This document shows positions 56,199 to 64,000 of a DNA stretch of 64,000 nucleotides, one piece after another (the stretch's first letter is position 1; each line of letters opens with the position of its first letter). The notes below the pieces were generated by a model, which ran no database searches, was not told where the DNA came from, and saw only the letters and a list, made by a program, of their open reading frames with translations. The DNA is from Candidatus Magasanikbacteria bacterium RIFOXYC2_FULL_42_28 (GTDB lineage: Bacteria; Patescibacteriota; Patescibacteriia; Magasanikbacterales; GWA2-37-8). Position numbers and translations under genes: made by a program. Location of the stretch: the NCBI GenBank assembly GCA_001784435.1, contig MFQZ01000010.1, positions 169,960 to 233,959 of the forward strand, written 5' to 3'.

Positions 56199-56882
56199 AT
56201 GATTGAATTAGAAAAACTAACAAAAACTTATAATCTCGGCGGTAATCCACTCACAGTTTTACGTGATGTTAGTTTTAAAATTGACAAAGGGCAATTCGTG
56301 GCGATCATCGGGCCGTCGGGTTCGGGCAAATCAACCCTGATGCATATTTTGGGCGCGTTGGATCGGCCATCCACTGGCAAATATATTTTAGATGGTCAAG
56401 ATATTTCTACTTTAAGTGATGATGAACTCGCGGATATTCGTTCCAAGAAAATTGGTTTTGTTTTTCAATCATTTAATTTGTTGTCGCGCGCGACGGTTTT
56501 GCGCAATGTTACTTTGCCGTTTATTTATGACAAACGGGTGACACGCGCCGAACGTTTGGAAAAAGCGGTGAAGGCATTAACTGATGTTGGTTTGGAAAAA
56601 GAGCGTTGGAATCACTTGTCCAATCAATTATCGGGCGGACAAATGCAACGGGTGGCAATCGCGCGGTCGCTCGTAAATAATCCGGGTATATTACTGGCCG
56701 ATGAACCAACCGGAAATTTGGATTCAAAAATCGGTCAAGTGGTTTTGGAAACTTTTCAAAAATTAAATCGCGATCATGGCCATACGATTGTGTTAATTAC
56801 GCACGACCCGAGTGTGGCCACGGCCGCGCGTAGAATTATTGAAATTAAAGATGGTCAAATTGTTTCGGACAAATTAAAGTAA
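56199..56882 (+). CDS. ABC transporter ATP-binding protein (MacB/LolD-like)
   Basis: Walker A GPSGSGKST, signature LSGGQMQR, Walker B LLADEPT. Start at the ATG 56199. Confidence 0.85.
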   Translation: MIELEKLTKTYNLGGNPLTVLRDVSFKIDKGQFVAIIGPSGSGKSTLMHILGALDRPSTGKYILDGQDISTLSDDELADIRSKKIGFVFQSFNLLSRATVLRNVTLPFIYDKRVTRAERLEKAVKALTDVGLEKERWNHLSNQLSGGQMQRVAIARSLVNNPGILLADEPTGNLDSKIGQVVLETFQKLNRDHGHTIVLITHDPSVATAARRIIEIKDGQIVSDKLK

Positions 56883-56886
56883 GAGT

Positions 56887-58110
56887 ATGTTATTTCAAGA
56901 TTTGATGGAAGAAACATTTTTTTCCGTGACCGCGAATAAATCGCGATCGGCTTTGACAATTCTCGGGATTGTAATTGGTATTAGCTCGGTGATTGCGATG
57001 ATTTCGGTGGGGCAGGGTGCGAGTCAAGATATCGCCAGTAGAATTTCCGCGTTGGGCACAAATTTATTAGTGGTGACGCCGGGCAATGCTCGTCAAAGTG
57101 GAGGAAATTTAGTGCGCAGTGGTAGTGGTTCGGCTACTAGTTTGACTTTGGAAGATGCCATTGCGGTCAAAAGCGTGTCCGGTGCTAAAATTGTCGCGCC
57201 CACTATTTCGGCGCGCAAACAAGTGACTGCGAAAGGTAAAAATACCAACACCAGTATCAACGGCATCGATGATCAATATTTTATTGTAAAAAATATTAAT
57301 TTAGCGCAAGGAATTGGAATTACGAGTGGGCAGGTGACAGCACGTTCCAAAGTGGCGGTGCTCGGGCCGACGACGCGCGATGATTTGTTCGGTGTGGACG
57401 CGAGCGTGGTTGGATTAAAAATTCGCATTGGCAGTCAAGAATATTCAGTGGTGGGTGTTACCGAAGCCAAAGGCGGGACGGGTTTTGGGAGTTCGGATGA
57501 TTTGATTTATATTCCGATTAGCACGGCGGCCCAATATTTAACCGGTTCACAATCAGTCAGCAATATTAACATTGAAGCTACGACCGCCGAGGAGATGACA
57601 ATGGTGCAGGCGGAAGTGATGGCGCTTTTGATGGCACGGCATCGGATTTCCGATCCACTATTAGCGGATTTTTCAATTTTAAATCAAGAAGATTTATTGT
57701 CTTCGGCATCATCGGTGGCCGGCACGATGACAATGTTACTCGGCGCGATCGCGGGAATTTCTTTGTTGGTTGGCGGTATTGGTATTATGAATATGATGTT
57801 AACAACCGTCACGGAACGCACCCGCGAAATTGGTTTGCGTAAATCACTGGGCGCGAAAAATCATGACATCAGCGCGCAATTTTTAGCCGAGGCCGTGGCG
57901 TTTACTTTTACCGGCGGGATTATTGGAATAATTTTAGGGTGGCTCGCGTCTTTGGCAATTCACCAGTTTTCCGGTTTAACCACAGTAGTAAATTGGGCGT
58001 CAGTTTCTTTATCGTTTGGAATCGCCGCCGTAGTTGGTTTGGTGTTTGGATATTATCCGGCCAAGCGCGCGGCGAAATTGGATCCGATTGAGGCGCTAAG
58101 ATATCAATAA
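56887..58110 (+). CDS. ABC transporter permease with FtsX-like domain (MacB-type)
   Basis: N-terminal TM, large periplasmic domain, C-terminal 3-TM FtsX-like region. Confidence 0.7.
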   Translation: MLFQDLMEETFFSVTANKSRSALTILGIVIGISSVIAMISVGQGASQDIASRISALGTNLLVVTPGNARQSGGNLVRSGSGSATSLTLEDAIAVKSVSGAKIVAPTISARKQVTAKGKNTNTSINGIDDQYFIVKNINLAQGIGITSGQVTARSKVAVLGPTTRDDLFGVDASVVGLKIRIGSQEYSVVGVTEAKGGTGFGSSDDLIYIPISTAAQYLTGSQSVSNINIEATTAEEMTMVQAEVMALLMARHRISDPLLADFSILNQEDLLSSASSVAGTMTMLLGAIAGISLLVGGIGIMNMMLTTVTERTREIGLRKSLGAKNHDISAQFLAEAVAFTFTGGIIGIILGWLASLAIHQFSGLTTVVNWASVSLSFGIAAVVGLVFGYYPAKRAAKLDPIEALRYQ

Positions 58111-58117
58111 GTTAAAA

Positions 58118-58236
58118 CTATAAATACTAAACTCTAAATTCTAAACAAATTCAAATTATTCAAATCCAAAATTTAAACATTTGAATTTTATGTTTTGAAC
58201 TTGTTTAGAGTTTAGTATTTCGTGTTTAGTATTTAA
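58118..58236. repeat. MITE-like intergenic element, family B copy 2
   Basis: aaactctaaattctaaacaaat ... gaacttgtttagagtttag matches the 33366 copy. Confidence 0.7.
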
Positions 58237-58246
58237 AATTAAGTAT

Positions 58247-58810
58247 ATGTCCAAACTATTAACAATATTTTCTGTCGGTGCAATTTTGGTTTTTACTTCC
58301 GGCTGTGGCAATACAAAACAACCAGACAACAACACTGCGCCAACTGATTTTACCGCGCGTCGAAATGTTTCTACCACACCGTTTGGCGCGGATTTTCCTA
58401 TTGGCACGACCACTGATTTGGCAATTGGTAAAAAAGTTATGGTGGTGGGTTCGGCTGGGTCAGATGGAATTGTCAGCGCCGCGCAAATTGTGGTTGGTGA
58501 ATTTAATTTTGGTATGGGTTTTGACGGTGCTCGATTCGCGACCGACACACCGACCGGACAACAAAGGCAGCGTCCAAATTTTAACGGCCAAGGTGGTGGC
58601 GGCCAAGGTGGTGGAAATTTCGCCGGACGAGCAGGCGACAGTAGGGGAATGACGCGAGTAGTTGGCGAAATTATCAAAATGGACAATACCAGTTTGGTGG
58701 TAAAAACCAATGATGGTGGCTCAAAAATCGTTTTTTATTCAGCAAATGTCAAGATTTTGCTGCCACCCATCGCGATTACGCCTGTGAAAACTGCCAGCAC
58801 TACGCCATAA
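58247..58810 (+). CDS. Gly-rich lipoprotein, function unknown
   Basis: Signal peptide with lipobox FTSGC; GQGGGGQGGGNFAGRAGD low-complexity stretch. Confidence 0.45.
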   Translation: MSKLLTIFSVGAILVFTSGCGNTKQPDNNTAPTDFTARRNVSTTPFGADFPIGTTTDLAIGKKVMVVGSAGSDGIVSAAQIVVGEFNFGMGFDGARFATDTPTGQQRQRPNFNGQGGGGQGGGNFAGRAGDSRGMTRVVGEIIKMDNTSLVVKTNDGGSKIVFYSANVKILLPPIAITPVKTASTTP

Positions 58811-58859
58811 TTTTGGCTGATTTAAGGCATTTTGCAACTATTGCTATTTAAGCGGAATA

Positions 58860-58899
58860 ATGATAAAATACTGTCGTTTTTAAGGCAGTATTTTATCAT
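58860..58899 (+). promoter_or_regulatory. perfect 14-bp inverted repeat atgataaaatactg-N12-cagtattttatcat 8 nt upstream of the secA start
   Basis: Read directly; candidate operator or translational-control hairpin. Confidence 0.4.
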
Positions 58900-58906
58900 A
58901 TAAATT

Positions 58907-61783
58907 ATGAGTTTTTTAACCAAAATTTTCGGTGATCCGAACGCCAAGGTAATCAAGGAAATTCAGCCGATTGTAGATAAAATTAATAGTTTAGAAAGCG
59001 ATTTAAAGGCGTTAAGCGATGAAGCGCTCAAAGCCAAGACCGCCGAATTTAAAGACCGCCTCTCAAAAGGCGAAACTTTGAATGATATTTTACCAGAATC
59101 GTTTGCGGTTGTGCGCGAAGCATCTCGGCGCGCGACCGGTATGCGTCATTTTGATGTTCAACTTATTGGTGGTGTCGCTTTGCATCGCGGACAAATTTCG
59201 GAAATGCGCACGGGTGAAGGTAAAACGCTTGTGGCCACGTTACCGATATATTTAAATGCTTTGGCTGGCAAAGGTGTCCATCTCGTTACTGTCAATGATT
59301 ACTTGGCCAAACGTGATGCCGTGTGGATGGGCAAAATTTATGATTTCTTGGGAATGAGTGTGGGGATTATTCAACAGCTTGGTGCTTCATTTAAATATAG
59401 AAGTGCGCTCGCGAACGCTCCCACCTCACCCTCGCCCTCTCCTCGGGCAGGAGAGGGGGCGACAGACGCGGACGCGACTGTAATTGGTAAAATTAAAGTT
59501 GGGGATGAAGAGGTTGAACAGTGCACGCGTCGCGAGGCCTATGCTTGCGACATTACTTATGGCACGAACAACGAATTTGGGTTTGATTATTTGCGCGATA
59601 ATATGGCGCCGTCACTTTCGGAAATGGTGCAAAGGCCATTTTATTACGCTATTGTTGATGAGGTTGACTCCATTTTAGTTGATGAGGCGCGCACGCCTTT
59701 GATTATTTCCGCTCCGGCCGAAGAGGCGGCGGATTTGTATTATAAATTCGCGGATTTGGTAAAGCGTTTAAAAGAAAATGAGGACTTTAATATTGATGAA
59801 AAAATGCGCTCAAGCACTTTAACGGACGCGGGTTTGAAAAAAATGGAGGACTGGCTTGGGATTGGCAATATTTATGCCGAGGGCGGGATGACGATGGTGC
59901 ACCATGTGGAGCAGGCCTTGCGCGCGCACGCGTTGTTTAAACGTGATCGTGATTACGTGGTTGATAACGGAGAAGTGGTGATTGTGGATGAATTTACCGG
60001 ACGTAAAATGCCCGGTCGACGTTATAGCGAAGGTTTGCACCAAGCGATTGAAGCGCAAGAAGGCGTAAAAATTCAGCGCGAGAGTCGAACTTTGGCAACG
60101 GTCACATTTCAAAATTATTTCCGTTTGTATGAAAAATTATCCGGTATGACCGGCACGGCGGTAACCGAGGCGGAAGAATTTGGCAAAATTTATAATTTAG
60201 AAGTGGTCGTTATTCCGACCAACCACCCTAATAAACGCGCGGATCGGCCGGATCGAATTTATCGCACCGAAGAAGCAAAATGGCAGGCGATCGCGAAAGA
60301 AGTTAAAGAATTGCAAACCAAAGGCCAGCCGGTTTTGATCGGCACGATTTCGGTGGAAAAAAATGAGGCGTTGAGCTTGTATTTGGATCGCGAAGGAATC
60401 AAGCATGAAATTTTAAACGCCAAAAATCACGAACGAGAAGGTGAAATTATCGCGCAAGCCGGTCGGCCGGGTGCGGTAACTTTGGCTACCAATATGGCGG
60501 GACGTGGCGTGGATATTATTTTAGGTGGTAATCCACCGGAAGTTGAAGCGCGTGATAAAGTTTTGAATGCCGATGGTTTGTTTGTAATTGGTACCGAGCG
60601 CCACGAATCGCGTCGTATTGATAATCAGTTGCGTGGTCGTGCCGGTCGCCAAGGAGATCCGGGCGCTACTCAATTTTATTTATCCACCGATGATGATTTG
60701 ATGCGAATTTTTGCGGGTGACAGAATCAAATCAGTCATGCAAACTTTGAAAGTGCCGGATGATATGCCGATTGAAAACAAAGGCATTACGAGAATTATTG
60801 AATCCGCCCAACGCAAAGTGGAAGGATTTCATTTTGATACGCGCAAGCATTTGTTGGAATACGACGATGTGTTGAACCGTCATCGTGAAGTTGTTTATGG
60901 CAAACGCCGAAATGTCTTGGATATTTTTGAGCAAGAAAAAAATGCGCTGTTTGGCGCGTCGTCAACTGTCATTCCGAGCGAGGCTCGCGCCGACGAGGAA
61001 TCTCCATTACAACGGGATGGAGATTTCTCACCCACTGCGACGGGGATTCGAAATGACAGTGATGTGATGGTTCCTCGCAATGACAACAAAACTCTGCGCG
61101 ATATTATTTTTGAAATGTTAGAGCAAGAAATCGAACAGGTAGTTTCCTTTCATACCAACGCCGAAGAACGACGCGAATGGAATATGGCAGAAATTAAAGA
61201 AACTGTGGTGACAATTTTCCCGTTGAACAGTGCGGAGCAAGAGCAATTATTGCACATGAGCAACGGTGGGACAGAAAAATTACAAGCCGTAGAAGCGCGG
61301 ACAAAAATTATTGAATATTTATTTGAACTGGCCAAGAAAAAATACGATGAGATGCTGGTGTCAGTCGTGCCGGATAAAGCAATGTTAATTGAAATTGAAA
61401 AGCAGGTGTTATTGCGTTCCATTGATAATTTGTGGGTTGAGCATTTGGTCGCGGTAGATTATTTGCGTACCGGCATTGGTCTGCGCGGTTATGGCCAGCG
61501 TGACCCACTTGTGGAATACAAAAAAGAAACTTATCGGATGTTTAATGAATTGTTAAGTTTGATTCAGAAAGAGGTTGTTTACACGATTTACAAAGTGAGC
61601 GCCGGCATTGCTTTGGCACCATCGGTGATGGCTAAAGGAAATATGATTTTAAGTGGGGCAGGCAAAGAAATGGCGGTTACTAAAACTGCCACTAAAGACG
61701 CCGAAGGCCACAAAATCGGGCGCAACGACCCATGTTATTGCGGGAGTGGTAAGAAATTTAAACGTTGTCATGGCGCTGAATAA
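58907..61783 (+). CDS. secA: preprotein translocase ATPase SecA (with two GC-rich in-frame inserts and C-terminal zinc-finger tail)
   Basis: Canonical SecA motifs (e.g. TNNEFGFDYLRDNM, GRQGDPG), CYCGSGKKFKRCHG tail. Confidence 0.9.
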   Translation: MSFLTKIFGDPNAKVIKEIQPIVDKINSLESDLKALSDEALKAKTAEFKDRLSKGETLNDILPESFAVVREASRRATGMRHFDVQLIGGVALHRGQISEMRTGEGKTLVATLPIYLNALAGKGVHLVTVNDYLAKRDAVWMGKIYDFLGMSVGIIQQLGASFKYRSALANAPTSPSPSPRAGEGATDADATVIGKIKVGDEEVEQCTRREAYACDITYGTNNEFGFDYLRDNMAPSLSEMVQRPFYYAIVDEVDSILVDEARTPLIISAPAEEAADLYYKFADLVKRLKENEDFNIDEKMRSSTLTDAGLKKMEDWLGIGNIYAEGGMTMVHHVEQALRAHALFKRDRDYVVDNGEVVIVDEFTGRKMPGRRYSEGLHQAIEAQEGVKIQRESRTLATVTFQNYFRLYEKLSGMTGTAVTEAEEFGKIYNLEVVVIPTNHPNKRADRPDRIYRTEEAKWQAIAKEVKELQTKGQPVLIGTISVEKNEALSLYLDREGIKHEILNAKNHEREGEIIAQAGRPGAVTLATNMAGRGVDIILGGNPPEVEARDKVLNADGLFVIGTERHESRRIDNQLRGRAGRQGDPGATQFYLSTDDDLMRIFAGDRIKSVMQTLKVPDDMPIENKGITRIIESAQRKVEGFHFDTRKHLLEYDDVLNRHREVVYGKRRNVLDIFEQEKNALFGASSTVIPSEARADEESPLQRDGDFSPTATGIRNDSDVMVPRNDNKTLRDIIFEMLEQEIEQVVSFHTNAEERREWNMAEIKETVVTIFPLNSAEQEQLLHMSNGGTEKLQAVEARTKIIEYLFELAKKKYDEMLVSVVPDKAMLIEIEKQVLLRSIDNLWVEHLVAVDYLRTGIGLRGYGQRDPLVEYKKETYRMFNELLSLIQKEVVYTIYKVSAGIALAPSVMAKGNMILSGAGKEMAVTKTATKDAEGHKIGRNDPCYCGSGKKFKRCHGAE
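59405..59478 (+). repeat. GC-rich palindromic insert inside secA (hairpin ccctctcctcgggcaggagaggg at 59435-59457), in frame, encoding ALANAPTSPSPSPRAGEGATDADAT
   Basis: Sharp GC jump versus surroundings. It expands a loop that has about 12 aa in E. coli SecA (between VGI and REAYAxDITYGT). Confidence 0.55.
60966..61059 (+). repeat. TGTCATT-family element inside secA, in frame (ctgtcattccgagcgagg ... cgaaatgacag inverted termini)
   Basis: Termini ctgtcattccg / cgaaatgacag are inverted repeats. The head matches the elements at 34573, 19274 and 61844; it encodes about 31 aa of a SecA loop. Confidence 0.6.
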
Positions 61784-61843
61784 CCCCCTTGCCAAAAAAA
61801 TGGTTTTAAGGTAAGATATTCACACTTTTACTTTTAACACTAT

Positions 61844-61918
61844 CTGTCATTCCCGCGAAAGCGGGAATCCAGTCGTCAAATTTAAAATTCTGGATCCCCG
61901 TTTTCACGGGGATGACAA
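61844..61918. repeat. two inverted copies of the TGTCATT-family element between secA and secD (ctgtcattcccgcgaaagcgggaatccagtcgtcaa ... ctggatccccgttttcacggggatgacaa)
   Basis: Read directly. Each copy contains a GNRA-type hairpin (cccgcGAAAgcggg); together they form a long hairpin. Confidence 0.7.
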
Positions 61919-61929
61919 TTAAATTAATT

Positions 61930-64000
61930 ATGGCCAATAAATATCATCAAGCCGTTGCAAAAAATTTAACTCGTTCTACCATTAGATGGCGTGTGGCCGG
62001 CGTGGCGATTTTGTTAGTCGCGTCGCTAACGGTCGTGTTGCCTAATTATGCCAATTCCGGAATCAATTGGATTAATTCCAAGACCAATATCGGCTTGCCA
62101 CAGTTGCCGGCCGGCGGTTTTAATTTAGGTTTGGATTTACAGGGTGGCGCGCATTTAATTTATGAGGCCAAAACCGACAATATCGCGGCGGCCGACCGCG
62201 CTGATTCCGTTGAGGGTGTGCGTGATGTGATTGAACGTCGTGTTCGTGGTGGTTTGGGTGTGGCCGAGCCGCTCGTCCAGACAACGCGCGTGGGTGAGAC
62301 CTATCGCGTGATTGTGGAGTTGCCGGGTGTTAAGGATGTTAATCAGGCGATCCAAATGATTGGCGGTACGCCGGTGTTGGAATTTAAAGAAGAAAATAAC
62401 GAGCCACCGCGCCCCTTGACCGCGACAGAACAAAAAGAATTAAAGGATTTTAATACCGCGGCGAAAAAGAAAGCGAACGAAGCATTGGTCGCGGCCAAAA
62501 CCGATTTTGCCGGAGCGGTAACAAAATATACCGAAGATGACCGCAGTAAAAATAACGGCGGGGATATCGGTTTTATTGACAGTCGAACCTTTCCTGAGAT
62601 TTTTGCTTGGGCCAAAACCGTTAAAGACGGTGAAATTGGCAAAAATTTAGTTGAAAGCGCCGAAGGTTATAGTGTCGTTAAACGCGTGGCTGAAAAAGAC
62701 GGCGAACGCTATGTCTCGGCTTCGCATATTTTAATTTGTTTCCTTGGCGCCGAGCGCTGTGATAATCCGCAATATACACGTGATCAAGCGACTGCTAAAA
62801 TTGCCGAATTAAAAACCAAAGCCACTCCACAGAATTTCGCGCAACTGGCGCGGGAAAATTCCACGGAACCGGGCGCGGCTGACCGCGAAGGGGACTTGGG
62901 TAAATTTAAAAAGGGCGAAATGGTGCCGGCTTTTGAAGCGGTGGCGTTTGACCTGCCCGTGGGGACAATTTCCGAACCGGTGGAGACCCAATTTGGTTTT
63001 CATTTAATTTATAAAACAAATGATGAAACGGAAAAGCAATATCAAGTAAGCAGAATTTTGGCGCGCACTAAAACTGAAATTGATATTGTGCCACCGGTAT
63101 CGCAGTGGAAGCCAACTGGTTTGTCCGGTAAGCAACTCGCGCGCGCGGAAGTTACTGAAGATTATCAGACCGGCCAAGTGCAAGTCAGTTTAAATTTTGA
63201 TGATGAAGGCGTTAAATTATTTTCGGAAATTACTACACGTAATGTTGGCAAGCCAGTGGCCATTCTGTTAGATGGTGAAGAAATCAGTGTGCCGACAGTT
63301 AATGAGCCGATTTTATCCGGCAGTGCCGTTATTTCCGGCGGGTTTACTTTAATGGAAGCGAAATTATTGGCGCAACGGCTTAATTCCGGCGCTCTGCCGG
63401 TGCCGGTTGAACTCGTAAGTCAACAGAGTGTGGGTGCGACGCTGGGATTTGATTCTTTAAATAAAAGTTTTAAAGCCGGTTTAATTGGTTTGGCAGTGGT
63501 TATATTATTCATGATTTTGTACTACCGCTTGTCGGGTATTCTCGCGGCTTTGAGTTTGGCGGTTTATGCGGCTTTGAGTTTGGCTATCTTTAAATTAGTC
63601 GGCGTTACCCTAACTCTTTCCGGTATCGCCGGTTTCGTTCTATCAATTGGTATGGCGGTGGACGCCAATGTGCTGGTATTTGAACGTCTTAAAGAAGAGT
63701 TGCGTTTGGGCAAAAGTTTGAAATCGGCCATGGAAGAGGCGTTTGTGCGCGCCTGGACATCAATTCGGGACAGCAACATCACCGGCCTTATCAGTTGTGT
63801 GTTTATGGTTTGGATGGGCGTGGGTTTTGTGCAGGGCTTTGCCGTTACTTTGGCTATTGGTATCCTGGTATCAATGTTTTCCGCCGTTATTATTACTCGC
63901 ACTTTGGCGCGTTGGATTTTTAGTTGGTTTAAAGAAGATGGCAATTGGTTATTTTTGGGACATCTTAAAAAAGACGCGTCTGCCAAGTCGGTCACCAATA
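61930..64000 (+). CDS. secD: SecD (or fused SecDF) with two parvulin-type PPIase domains inserted in the periplasmic head; 3'-truncated by window edge
   Basis: SecD P1 motifs (LGLDLQGG, VIVELPGV), then two PpiC-like domains (SKNNGGDIGFI...; REGDLGKFKKGEMVPAFEAVAFDLPVGTISEPVETQFGFHLI), then SecD TM bundle (LAAFVLSIGMAVDANVLVFERLKEE). Confidence 0.75.
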   Translation, partial: MANKYHQAVAKNLTRSTIRWRVAGVAILLVASLTVVLPNYANSGINWINSKTNIGLPQLPAGGFNLGLDLQGGAHLIYEAKTDNIAAADRADSVEGVRDVIERRVRGGLGVAEPLVQTTRVGETYRVIVELPGVKDVNQAIQMIGGTPVLEFKEENNEPPRPLTATEQKELKDFNTAAKKKANEALVAAKTDFAGAVTKYTEDDRSKNNGGDIGFIDSRTFPEIFAWAKTVKDGEIGKNLVESAEGYSVVKRVAEKDGERYVSASHILICFLGAERCDNPQYTRDQATAKIAELKTKATPQNFAQLARENSTEPGAADREGDLGKFKKGEMVPAFEAVAFDLPVGTISEPVETQFGFHLIYKTNDETEKQYQVSRILARTKTEIDIVPPVSQWKPTGLSGKQLARAEVTEDYQTGQVQVSLNFDDEGVKLFSEITTRNVGKPVAILLDGEEISVPTVNEPILSGSAVISGGFTLMEAKLLAQRLNSGALPVPVELVSQQSVGATLGFDSLNKSFKAGLIGLAVVILFMILYYRLSGILAALSLAVYAALSLAIFKLVGVTLTLSGIAGFVLSIGMAVDANVLVFERLKEELRLGKSLKSAMEEAFVRAWTSIRDSNITGLISCVFMVWMGVGFVQGFAVTLAIGILVSMFSAVIITRTLARWIFSWFKEDGNWLFLGHLKKDASAKSVTN

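Noticed and set aside
58156-58710. Minus-strand 184-aa ORF opposite the Gly-rich lipoprotein gene
   Set aside because: Pro/Trp-rich translation antisense to the GGT-rich coding segment; its start lies inside the MITE-like element. Judged spurious.
1-64000. Possible alternative genetic code (TGA recoding as in some CPR lineages)
   Set aside because: Many well-supported genes end at TGA in sensible positions, e.g. the 18662 gene. No conserved protein shows in-frame TGA, so the standard code 11 fits.
1-64000. CRISPR arrays, rRNA genes, integrases or transposases
   Set aside because: No regularly spaced direct repeats with unique spacers, no rRNA-like conserved stretches, and no ORF with recombinase or transposase motifs. 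The repeated elements found are palindromic MITE/REP-like, not CRISPR.

Overview
This is a low-GC, gene-dense, mostly plus-strand bacterial chromosomal segment. It uses the standard genetic code, because ORFs terminate normally at TGA. The compact gene set, weak Shine-Dalgarno signals and gene content resemble a Patescibacteria/CPR-type genome, but that is my inference, not something I could test.

**Housekeeping backbone**
- rplJ-rplL with an upstream L10-leader-like structured region.
- mreB, holB, frr, glyQS, tpiA, an M16 peptidase, a DEAD-box helicase, hup, secA and a 3'-truncated secD.
- tRNAs Ser(GCU), Thr(GGU), Thr(UGU), Tyr(GUA), Trp(CCA) and an rpmG that is missing from the ORF track.
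- An ECF sigma factor and a MacAB-like ABC efflux set.

**Envelope genes**
- GT2 processive glycosyltransferase, GT4 glycosyltransferase, acyltransferase-3-like protein, a beta-helix protein, a BNR propeller lipoprotein, and an Ig-like/C39-like peptidase protein.

**Accessory region at 1.9-19.3 kb**
- An operon of a small tandem-heptad coiled-coil protein, a 1587-aa polytopic membrane protein with a huge Lys/Glu/Ala-rich extension (possibly VirB6/TrbL-like), and two paralogous unknown proteins.
- A T4SS-like module with a PrgI/VirB3-like membrane protein and a VirB4-like ATPase, followed by comFC.
- A defence cassette splitting the two: two tandem COG1373/DUF4143 AAA ATPases plus an AbiEi/AbiEii toxin-antitoxin pair. 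Each unit is preceded by a copy of a palindrome+promoter element, and the cassette duplicates about 85 bp of its target.

**Elsewhere**
- A single-chain MmeI-like Type IIL restriction-modification enzyme.
- Two families of MITE-like intergenic elements.
- A family of GC-rich palindromic elements beginning TGTCATT, one of which sits in frame inside secA.
- A partial tRNA-Trp 3'-end duplication.
- A SecD carrying two parvulin PPIase domains.

No rRNA, CRISPR array, integrase or transposase was seen.
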